Positions 1 to 5,777 of a stretch of DNA of 34,212 bases are shown in pieces (position 1 is the stretch's first letter; each line of letters starts with the position of its first letter). The position numbers were made by a program, and so were the translations under genes. The stretch is from a virus: IMG/VR virus record IMGVR_UViG_3300045988_081598; one strand, written 5' to 3'. Below the pieces are notes generated by a model that saw only the letters and a program-made list of their open reading frames with translations, searched no databases and had not been told where the DNA came from.

Positions 1-55
1 AGATAGTCGCTGTAATCAAGAGGTGTCATTTCCTGCTCGTGTATGTATCGTGCCA
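1..55. repeat. Terminal direct repeat (left copy); identical to 34158-34212, marking circular closure or terminal redundancy
   Basis: Read directly: agatagtcgctgtaatcaagaggtgtcatttcctgctcgtgtatgtatcgtgcca is present at both window ends. Confidence 0.95.
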
Positions 56-794
56 CCCTTTGCGGTGTAAGACCTGTTATCCTCACAAGACGTTCAAGAG
101 TGCCGTGTTCGTTCTTAAAGACCTTTGCTATATTCAGTAAATCTTCTGGTCTGAGTTTTGGATATTCCTCACGATAGTCAAGATACTGCTCCCACAGCTG
201 TTCGCTGCCTTTGAGTGTCTTGAACTCCGTCTTGTTCAGTCCGAGCATTTTCAGCAGGTCATTACTTTTCCAGTTCACACGCTGAGAGAGCAGGAACTTT
301 TCCTGATATCCCCACCAACCTGTGTATCTCACGCTTGTTACGTCATAGTCTTGCTTCATAAGATACTCAAGATTAGGGTGCTTGCAATATGCGTGAAGAT
401 AGCTCATCAGCATATTACCGTGATAATGCTGATACTGACTATACCGCATATCCGATTTGTCTATGGCTTTGATGTTCAGTACCGAATAGGAATTATCGTA
501 GTTATATCCCATACAGCACTTGCAAAAAACAGGCTCACGGAAGTCATTACGCACAGACCAGTTTATGCCGTTATCACTGCCGTATCTCACAGATCCGTCA
601 CGGGCAAACACATACCGCTGTCTTTCCACAAGGTCACCCGTTGAGTATCGGTGAAAGCAACGTGCGAAAAGCTCAGCACCCCTTGTGAGGAACACCACAT
701 AATTCTTAGCACCTCTGCCTTTCATCTTATCCATAAGTTCTTTATCCACCGCAGGAAAGCAGTAGATAAGAGCCTCTTTTCTTGTCTTTTTCAT
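1..794 (-). CDS. PcfJ-like protein, N-terminal part. The ORF runs off the left edge and continues in frame into 33650-34186 via the terminal repeat (about 433 aa in total)
   Basis: Absent from the ORF track because it has no stop in the window. ATG at 794-792; my translation is MKKTRKEALIYCFPAVDKELMDKMKGRGAKNYVVFLTRG...RVARYIHEQEMTPLDYSDY. The ATG at 29-27 is the duplicate of the ATG at 34186 and lies 765 nt (255 codons) downstream in the same frame. Confidence 0.8.
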   Translation of the reverse strand, partial: MKKTRKEALIYCFPAVDKELMDKMKGRGAKNYVVFLTRGAELFARCFHRYSTGDLVERQRYVFARDGSVRYGSDNGINWSVRNDFREPVFCKCCMGYNYDNSYSVLNIKAIDKSDMRYSQYQHYHGNMLMSYLHAYCKHPNLEYLMKQDYDVTSVRYTGWWGYQEKFLLSQRVNWKSNDLLKMLGLNKTEFKTLKGSEQLWEQYLDYREEYPKLRPEDLLNIAKVFKNEHGTLERLVRITGLTPQRVARYIHEQEMTPLDYSDY

Positions 795-803
795 ACTGCT
801 ACC

Positions 804-1175
804 TCAGAAGTCAAGCAAGCTGTCAAGTGACAAGCTGACAGGCGGTTTTGCTGTTTCTTCGCTGTCCGAGCCGTCGCCCAGGTCGATAGTCATATTGAAA
901 TGAACGTCCGCACCCTTGAAGTAAAATCTTACAGCTCTGCGGTAGACCTCGATATCCGAGATACTTCCCCCTGCACCCTTAACAGCGTTTTCTGCACACT
1001 CAGCGAAAGTCCTGTCCGTCTGCAGGACCGCCTGAGCGAACTCCTCGTTCTGCTCACAGAAAGTTTTGAGGACCTCAAGAGTAGGCTTTGCGACCGCCTG
1101 CGCATACTTGCCAAGCTTAGCGGCAGACAGCTCCTGCGACAGCTTGTCCTGAGCTTTCTTTGCGTTAATGTTCAT
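804..1175 (-). CDS. PcfK-like / AcrIIA9-family-like protein (candidate anti-CRISPR family)
   Basis: ORF track 804-1187. I prefer the ATG at 1175 (MNINAKK...), which is preceded by GAGAGGTGG. The pattern ...FCEQNEEFAQAV...ISDIEVYRRAVRFYF..., an acidic C-terminal tail and adjacency to a PcfJ-like gene match the PcfK-like family as I recall it. No search was run. Confidence 0.55.
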   Translation of the reverse strand: MNINAKKAQDKLSQELSAAKLGKYAQAVAKPTLEVLKTFCEQNEEFAQAVLQTDRTFAECAENAVKGAGGSISDIEVYRRAVRFYFKGADVHFNMTIDLGDGSDSEETAKPPVSLSLDSLLDF

Positions 1176-1554
1176 TGCCGTCACCACCTCTCAACTTTTC
1201 AAGCTTATCCCTTGTGCTGCATATCTTTCCATACGCCTCGCCAATGTCAAAGGCTCTATGTTCTCGCTCAGACATTACTTCATAGATATCAATTATATCT
1301 TCACAAGCTTCATCAGCAGTTTTGTATGCTTGACAAATCTGTTCTTTTGTGCTATCATCAAGGTGTGTTGAATTGATATTTTTCAATATCTCCGAGCTTG
1401 TGTCTGTTGCCGCAGGTGCAGGCTCGGTTTTCATGTATTCGAGAATATGATTCATGAAATCAGTGATGCAATTACCATGTCCTGCAAGCGGGCATGATAC
1501 ACAGTTGTCTACTATACAGCATTTAGCCACAGTAATTATCTCATCTTTCGTCAT
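1165..1554 (-). CDS. Hypothetical early protein with a Cys-rich N-terminus (CC-x5-C-x2-C-x7-C)
   Basis: ORF track 1165-1590. The ATG at 1554 (MTKDEIITVAKCCIVDNCVSCPLAGHGNC) follows AAGGAGG. Confidence 0.6.
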   Translation of the reverse strand: MTKDEIITVAKCCIVDNCVSCPLAGHGNCITDFMNHILEYMKTEPAPAATDTSSEILKNINSTHLDDSTKEQICQAYKTADEACEDIIDIYEVMSEREHRAFDIGEAYGKICSTRDKLEKLRGGDGNEH

Positions 1555-1657
1555 CTTTATCCTCCTTAAACTGCTTTTCAATGGCACCAAGTACTATGTA
1601 TATCACTACATCTATCACTGCAAGCACAGCTATTGTTATCAGCAGTATCAACGCCAT
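1541..1657 (-). CDS. Possible 38-aa single-pass membrane peptide (MALILLITIAVLAVIDVVIYIVLGAIEKQFKEDKDDER)
   Basis: My own translation; below the ORF-track size cutoff. It fills the gap between neighbouring genes and its start is 1 nt after the upstream stop (tggTAAaATGgcg). Confidence 0.3.
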   Translation of the reverse strand: MALILLITIAVLAVIDVVIYIVLGAIEKQFKEDKDDER

Positions 1658-1658
1658 T

Positions 1659-1859
1659 TTACCACTTTCCTTTCATTTCAACTTCGACCTTGACCACGGG
1701 TCTGCCTGCTTCTCTCACCGCACGCTTTATGCTCTCCTCTGCTTCCTCGTAGGCAGTTTCTTTTACGCTTACATACCACCTGTACGCTACATACATTGTA
1801 AGCACCACCAAGAGCGCTACCGCTGCGGCACATCTGATTATCTCTAGTACGGCTATCAT
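1659..1859 (-). CDS. Small membrane protein (one TM helix, charged C-terminus)
   Basis: ORF track, 66 aa: MIAVLEIIRCAAAVALLVVLTMYVAYRWY... Translationally coupled to its neighbours. Confidence 0.5.
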   Translation of the reverse strand: MIAVLEIIRCAAAVALLVVLTMYVAYRWYVSVKETAYEEAEESIKRAVREAGRPVVKVEVEMKGKW

Positions 1860-2134
1860 TTTCTCACGTCCTTTCCGTAAAGCGTGCGGAGCTTTTTAAG
1901 CCTTTTCTCGAAGTTGTCGATATCAATGCCCCACACCTCGTAGGCTATCTCGGTATTGACCGAGTGTGGCAGCCATGACTTCACGCCACGCTTTGCCATT
2001 TCTTCCTTAACAGCTTTCTTGATCTTGATAGTCTGCGTTTCACCTGTGCCGAACAGTTCCTTGATATCCGAATTGGTTATTTCGGGCTTTTCATAGTACA
2101 GCCGCACTGCTATTTCAATGTCAGGTGACCTCAT
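1856..2134 (-). CDS. Hypothetical early protein, possibly HTH-containing
   Basis: ORF track, 92 aa. The segment ITNSDIKELFGTGETQTIKIKKAV looks like a helix-turn-helix, but this is weak. Confidence 0.5.
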   Translation of the reverse strand: MRSPDIEIAVRLYYEKPEITNSDIKELFGTGETQTIKIKKAVKEEMAKRGVKSWLPHSVNTEIAYEVWGIDIDNFEKRLKKLRTLYGKDVRK

Positions 2135-2470
2135 TTAGTCCACCTCCTCGATAGTCAAGACATTCTCACGAGAGCTAATACTTGCCTTTGTCAGAGCCTC
2201 GTACTGACTCTTTGCAGCTACTGTGAACACCCTTTTATCATGAAACTGGTCTATTGTTGTGACTTTGTACAGTTTCATACCTTTGTACCTCCTCATTGTG
2301 TTTTCTGTCATTTCTGCTTCCAACGAACATATCCGGCAAACATTGCTAGTTATCATGAGTGACAACGGAACTGTGTTGTCAAGCCCTGCAAGCGTACATA
2401 TACCGAATGCAAGTGGACTTGCTAGGCACAATGCAATGCCAAGATAATAGGCTATCTTTTTTAAATTCAA
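2135..2470 (-). CDS. Hypothetical protein with an N-terminal hydrophobic segment
   Basis: ORF track, 111 aa. TTG start preceded by GGAGG 8 nt upstream. Confidence 0.5.
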   Translation of the reverse strand: MNLKKIAYYLGIALCLASPLAFGICTLAGLDNTVPLSLMITSNVCRICSLEAEMTENTMRRYKGMKLYKVTTIDQFHDKRVFTVAAKSQYEALTKASISSRENVLTIEEVD

Positions 2471-2473
2471 CGT

Positions 2474-3352
2474 TTATGCCTCCAAATTTTCAAAGCTTAT
2501 TTGTGCAGTATCTTCACCAACCCACCACTTAAATACATCTGTTCCTGTTTTCCAAGACGTTGGTTTTCCCATTGCTACTCTCCGTTCAACCATTTTGTCA
2601 AACGCTCGTATATATGCTTGCTTGTACTTCGGGTACCGTTGAAACTCTGCATGCTGATGTCTTGCCGCAATAGGGCAGCCGATGCAGCCTACACGATTAA
2701 ATCCACAGCTATATAGCGGATTAATTTCGCAGCCGTAGTGATGAAGAAAATCCCATACATCATTGTCATCCCAATCCACTATCGGGTTTATCATCGTTTT
2801 CTGCTTTGCATAGCAGTGTTCGACCAAACGTCTGGCATTGTCGTTATCATTGTTCAAGATGATACCGCCTTTTGGTGAAACATGATATTCAGCACCTATC
2901 TTGTCCGCAAATTTTTGCGTATGCTTTGGCTTGTTGAGTACCTGAACGACACCTGAATTGTTTTTACGATTAGAACTTTCAGCCCAGCGAACACCAGTTA
3001 TCAGCACCTTGCCGCTACCCGAACGTTCTTTGAGTTCATCACAACAGTATCTCAAAAGACGTGTTGGCGGCATTAGCTTTTTAACGATCAGGTTCCACAT
3101 TGTAATGTGATTACCGTCATTGTCATAGGCTTTTTCTATGCGAATGTCGGGCTGTGATTTTATGTATCTCATAGTTTCGGGTGCATCAACAGTTGTCAAA
3201 TTGTGTACCGCTTCAAATTTAACTCCTGCAAGCTGTGCTAATATCTTGATACAATCACTGTCTTTTCCACCACTGTAAGCAAGTCTATAGCCGTCAGCAG
3301 GCTCAAAAGCTTTCAAACGAGCTATCGCCTTTTGCTCCTTAAGCTTGTCCAT
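2474..3352 (-). CDS. Phosphoadenosine-phosphosulfate (PAPS) reductase / PP-loop ATP-pyrophosphatase family protein (DndC/IbrA-like)
   Basis: PP-loop motif LAYSGGKDSD and a C-terminal Cys cluster (YSCGFNRVGCIGCP). ORF track 2474-3382; the ATG at 3352 (MDKLKEQ) follows GAGAGGTGA. Confidence 0.8.
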   Translation of the reverse strand: MDKLKEQKAIARLKAFEPADGYRLAYSGGKDSDCIKILAQLAGVKFEAVHNLTTVDAPETMRYIKSQPDIRIEKAYDNDGNHITMWNLIVKKLMPPTRLLRYCCDELKERSGSGKVLITGVRWAESSNRKNNSGVVQVLNKPKHTQKFADKIGAEYHVSPKGGIILNNDNDNARRLVEHCYAKQKTMINPIVDWDDNDVWDFLHHYGCEINPLYSCGFNRVGCIGCPIAARHQHAEFQRYPKYKQAYIRAFDKMVERRVAMGKPTSWKTGTDVFKWWVGEDTAQISFENLEA

Positions 3353-3390
3353 TAGTTCACCTCTCATTTTCTGTCCGTTCAATCGGACTG

Positions 3391-3648
3391 TTAGCTGTTG
3401 ACATTTTCAGCGTTCTGAGTATAATTAATGTCAAGGACTTCATTGATAGCCGTTTCTATCTTGGTAGACTTTATCTCGCCTGTCATTATCTTATACAGAT
3501 TAGATGTGTCGAGATAAGTTTCAGGAAGAAGCTTCTTGACTTCCTCAATGAGCCACTTCTGTGTCTTGTTGAGTTTAACAAGACGTATCTTGACTTCCAC
3601 GCCGTACTCAGTCAGCGGTCTTTTGCGTTCACTAATAATTAACACCAC
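3391..3648 (-). CDS. Cro-like / early-operon small DNA-binding protein (first gene of the leftward operon)
   Basis: ORF track, 85 aa. Divergent from the XRE repressor across the operator region; KTQKWLIEEVKKLL...SNLYKIMTG is HTH-like. The start codon is uncertain: GTG-GTG-TTA-ATT-ATT follows AAAGGTGG with no in-frame ATG nearby. Confidence 0.55.
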   Translation of the reverse strand: MVLIISERKRPLTEYGVEVKIRLVKLNKTQKWLIEEVKKLLPETYLDTSNLYKIMTGEIKSTKIETAINEVLDINYTQNAENVNS

Positions 3649-3685
3649 CTTTGCATAATATTCACACTAATATGTGTTTTACATA

Positions 3686-3714
3686 TTGACAGTTACGTTT
3701 AAATGTAATATAAT
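3686..3714 (+). promoter_or_regulatory. Perfect consensus sigma-70-type promoter firing rightward (TTGACA-17 nt-TATAAT) towards the repressor
   Basis: TTGACA at 3686-3691, a 17-nt spacer, and TATAAT at 3709-3714, all read directly. Confidence 0.7.
3693..3708. promoter_or_regulatory. Operator-like site O0, TTACGTTTAAATGTAA (TTAC-N8-GTAA), inside the spacer of the rightward promoter
   Basis: Near-palindrome with 14 of 16 positions self-complementary. It has the same architecture as the five sites to its right. Confidence 0.55.
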
Positions 3715-3734
3715 ATATTTACCAGATACAAATA

Positions 3735-3750
3735 TTACGCTCTTGCGTAT
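3735..3750. promoter_or_regulatory. Operator-like site O1, TTACGCTCTTGCGTAT
   Basis: TACGC-TCTT-GCGTA inverted repeat, read directly. Confidence 0.55.
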
Positions 3751-3762
3751 TGCCTTGACTGT

Positions 3763-3791
3763 ATTATATTACACTTTTGCGTAATTGTCAA
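3763..3791 (-). promoter_or_regulatory. Perfect consensus promoter firing leftward (unit A) towards the Cro-like gene
   Basis: On the minus strand, TTGACA (3791-3786), a 17-nt spacer and TATAAT (3768-3763). The spacer is operator O2. Confidence 0.7.
3769..3784. promoter_or_regulatory. Operator-like site O2, TTACACTTTTGCGTAA, in the spacer of leftward promoter A
   Basis: TTAC-N8-GTAA pattern, read directly. Confidence 0.55.
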
Positions 3792-3798
3792 GTGAAAA

Positions 3799-3814
3799 TT
3801 ACTCTTTTGCGTAA
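3799..3814. promoter_or_regulatory. Operator-like site O3, TTACTCTTTTGCGTAA
   Basis: TTAC-N8-GTAA pattern. It also overlaps a weaker possible rightward promoter (TTACTC-16 nt-TATATT, -10 at 3821-3826). Confidence 0.5.
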
Positions 3815-3848
3815 TTTTGTTATATTACACAAATTATGAGGTGTAACT

Positions 3849-3935
3849 ATGTCAGAATTGTACAATAGAATTGAAAGCTTGTGCAAAAAGAGAAATATAA
3901 ATGTAACAGTAATGTGCAAAGAAGTTGTAAGATAA
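3849..3935 (+). pseudogene. Truncated paralogue of the XRE repressor N-terminus (28-codon mini-ORF MSELYNRIESLCKKRNINVTVMCKEVVR)
   Basis: It has the same RBS and first 16 nt as the 4046 repressor gene. It stops before the recognition helix of the HTH. Confidence 0.7.
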
Positions 3936-3939
3936 TTTA

Positions 3940-3955
3940 TTACGTTCTTCCGTAC
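3940..3955. promoter_or_regulatory. Operator-like site O4, TTACGTTCTTCCGTAC
   Basis: Positional homologue of O1 in unit B; degenerate half-site. Confidence 0.45.
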
Positions 3956-3968
3956 TGTCTATGTTTGT

Positions 3969-3997
3969 ATTATATTACATTTCTCCGTAAATGTCAA
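3969..3997 (-). promoter_or_regulatory. Second perfect consensus promoter firing leftward (unit B)
   Basis: On the minus strand, TTGACA (3997-3992), a 17-nt spacer and TATAAT (3974-3969). The spacer contains operator O5. Confidence 0.65.
3975..3990. promoter_or_regulatory. Operator-like site O5, TTACATTTCTCCGTAA, in the spacer of leftward promoter B
   Basis: TTAC-N8-GTAA pattern; positional homologue of O2. Confidence 0.5.
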
Positions 3998-4045
3998 TAG
4001 CTAAATCGTAAGATTGTACGGTTGCACAAAAATTGAGGTGTAACT

Positions 4046-4396
4046 ATGTCAGAATTGTACATAAGGATTGAAAATCTGTGCAAGGAACATAAAATTTCAA
4101 TAACTGCAATGTGTAAAGAAGCTATGGTGAGCAGAGGTTCTATTACAGACTTAAAGCAAGGTAGAAGCAAAACTCTTTCTTCTGAGGCTATTTCAAAGAT
4201 AGCGAAGCTTTTTGATGTTTCAACAGACTATCTTATGACAGGCAATGAAGCTGAGCCGCAAAGCTCAGATATGGACGATAACATCAAGTTCGCCCTATGG
4301 GGAACAGCCGACGTTGACGACGATGTGCTTGAGGACGTGAAGCATTACGCTCAGATCGCACGTCAGATGAGAGAGGATAAGAAAAATAAAGAATAG
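4046..4396 (+). CDS. XRE-family HTH repressor (CI/ImmR-like)
   Basis: ORF track, 116 aa. A classic HTH_3 pattern is present (ISITAMCKEAMVSRGSITDLKQGRSKTLSSEAISKIAKLFDVSTDYL). RBS GAGGTG. Confidence 0.85.
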   Translation: MSELYIRIENLCKEHKISITAMCKEAMVSRGSITDLKQGRSKTLSSEAISKIAKLFDVSTDYLMTGNEAEPQSSDMDDNIKFALWGTADVDDDVLEDVKHYAQIARQMREDKKNKE

Positions 4397-4407
4397 AGGC
4401 GGTATAT

Positions 4408-4821
4408 ATGGATAGTGCTGAACTGCGCAGTTTTGCGGAGGACAGGGACATTATAGTGATTGACGGAAAATTAAGAAATGAACAAAAGTCCATATCCATT
4501 AGTGATAGAGGGCAATGTGCGATAGTGGTAGACCCTAAGAAGATCACCACAAGTGCAGAAGAAACTGTTATAATGGCTCACGAGCTGGGGCATTGTGAAA
4601 CAGGTGCATTTTATAACGAAAGAACGCTTGAGCTTCGTTCACGAATGGAGTTTCGTGCGGATAAATGGGCAATAAAAAAGCTCGTCACAGAGGACGAGCT
4701 GATAGAAGCATTTGAAAATGGTATCCTTGAAATATGGGAGCTTGCCGAGTTCTTCGGTGTCACCGAAGATTTTATGGTCAAGGTTTGTGAATTGTATGGA
4801 TATTATAACAGGGTGATATAA
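4408..4821 (+). CDS. ImmA/IrrE-family zinc metalloprotease (repressor-cleaving anti-repressor type)
   Basis: HExxH motif in VIMAHELGHCETG. It lies immediately downstream of the XRE repressor, as in ImmR/ImmA pairs. Confidence 0.8.
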   Translation: MDSAELRSFAEDRDIIVIDGKLRNEQKSISISDRGQCAIVVDPKKITTSAEETVIMAHELGHCETGAFYNERTLELRSRMEFRADKWAIKKLVTEDELIEAFENGILEIWELAEFFGVTEDFMVKVCELYGYYNRVI

Positions 4822-4825
4822 AAAA

Positions 4826-4858
4826 GTCCCCGTCAGTACCGCAAATACTGACAGGGAC
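4826..4858. terminator. Hairpin T1 (GTCCCCGTCAGTA-CCGCAAA-TACTGACAGGGAC). The A-tract lies on the + upstream side, so it is a canonical intrinsic terminator only for minus-strand transcripts
   Basis: 13-bp stem read directly. The reverse complement is followed by TTTTTT. It is a paralogue of hairpin T2. Confidence 0.6.
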
Positions 4859-4983
4859 AGCACACAGAATTTTCTCCTGCATGGTTACAAATACATTATA
4901 TCACCAATTTAAGACAATGTAAATGATTTCATAAATTGTTTACAAATGTCGGAAATTATTGAATTACAAGGAGGAAGTTTTTT

Positions 4984-5613
4984 ATGAAGAAGTTTATAGC
5001 TGGAGTAATTGCATTATCGCTCGTTTGCGGAATGTCCGCTTGTGGAAGTGGTGACAGCTCATCTTCAAGTGAAAACACTACTGCAACAACTACCACTACT
5101 ACAACATCAGAGGAAACCACAACGACGACAACCACAGCGGAGACTACGACTACGACGGAAGAAACGACAACAACGACGGAAAAGCCTACCACAACAACGA
5201 CTACTACGACCACTAAAGCTACTACCACCACTACAACAACTACTGCTGAAGAACCCAAAGATCAAGTTTTGTTTGATAATAACGGAATTAAGATTACCTT
5301 TACTGGTATGGATTATACAAGCAGTATATTTGGTCCAGAAATCAAAGTACTGATTGAAAATAGCACGAGCACAAATTATACAGTTCAGGTTCGTGATTTT
5401 TCTGCGAACGGCTTTATGGTTGATACAACAATGTCTGCGGATGTCAATGCAGGTAAAAAAGCAAATGATTCAATAGGAATTAATAGTTGGTCATTAGAGG
5501 AAAATTCTATATCCGAAGACGATATGCAAACTTTTGAATTCAGTTTTCATATCTTTAATTCCGATGATTGGTCTGACGGCTTTGATACTGAAACTATAAT
5601 TATACAGCTTTAA
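4984..5613 (+). CDS. Lipoprotein with a Thr-rich linker and a C-terminal ~120-aa globular domain (moron; candidate superinfection-exclusion protein)
   Basis: Signal peptide plus lipobox (MKKFIAGVIALSLVCGMSAC, Cys20). RBS AGGAGG. Located between the immunity genes and the integrase. Confidence 0.8.
   Translation: MKKFIAGVIALSLVCGMSACGSGDSSSSSENTTATTTTTTTSEETTTTTTTAETTTTTEETTTTTEKPTTTTTTTTTKATTTTTTTTAEEPKDQVLFDNNGIKITFTGMDYTSSIFGPEIKVLIENSTSTNYTVQVRDFSANGFMVDTTMSADVNAGKKANDSIGINSWSLEENSISEDDMQTFEFSFHIFNSDDWSDGFDTETIIIQL
5077..5244 (+). repeat. Low-complexity ACN-codon tract encoding the Thr-rich linker (43 of 56 residues are Thr by hand count)
   Basis: Read directly. Its antisense strand creates the spurious poly-Val ORF at 4956-5258. 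Confidence 0.9.
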
Positions 5614-5624
5614 AATAAAAAAAT

Positions 5625-5651
5625 CCCCTGAGTGCCGCAAACACTCAGAGG
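5625..5651. terminator. Hairpin T2 (CCCCTGAGTG-CCGCAAA-CACTCAGAGG), a paralogue of T1 with the A-tract on the + upstream side
   Basis: 10-bp stem with one mismatch and the same CCGCAAA loop as T1. The reverse complement is followed by TTTTTTT. Confidence 0.6.
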
Positions 5652-5709
5652 ACAGGTGAACTGATATTGACAGTATCAGCTCGATTCAAATTCACACCAA
5701 TAGACCAAT

Positions 5710-5735
5710 AAAGGGCGAATTTTGCCCTTTTATTG
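5710..5735 (+). terminator. Intrinsic terminator-like hairpin (AAAGGGC-GAATTTT-GCCCTTT + TATT) between the lipoprotein gene and int
   Basis: Read directly. Confidence 0.5.
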
Positions 5736-5777
5736 TAGCACACTTTCGAGTAAGTGTCAAGAATAGGAGGAATATTT

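Larger units (their letters stand above)
3733..3930. repeat. Tandem duplication unit A of the switch region (operators + leftward promoter + RBS + the first 26 repressor-like codons)
   Basis: Collinear with 3938-4125. 28 nt are identical (3837-3864 = 4034-4061), and 57 of 78 aligned coding nt are identical by hand count. Confidence 0.8.
3938..4125. repeat. Tandem duplication unit B of the switch region (contains the start of the functional repressor gene)
   Basis: Collinear with 3733-3930 at an offset of about 197-206 bp. Confidence 0.8.

Noticed and set aside
351-644. 97-aa plus-strand ORF near the left edge
   Set aside because: It lies antisense within the PcfJ-like gene that runs off the window edge, so it is a shadow ORF.
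4956-5258. 100-aa minus-strand ORF that is almost pure poly-Val
   Set aside because: It is the antisense shadow of the ACN (Thr) codon tract of the lipoprotein gene. It has no RBS or gene context.
5660-5680. Hairpin CTGATA-TTGACAG-TATCAG containing a TTGACA box upstream of int, considered as the int promoter
   Set aside because: No acceptable -10 element lies 16-18 nt downstream (ATTCAC), so it cannot be supported as a promoter.
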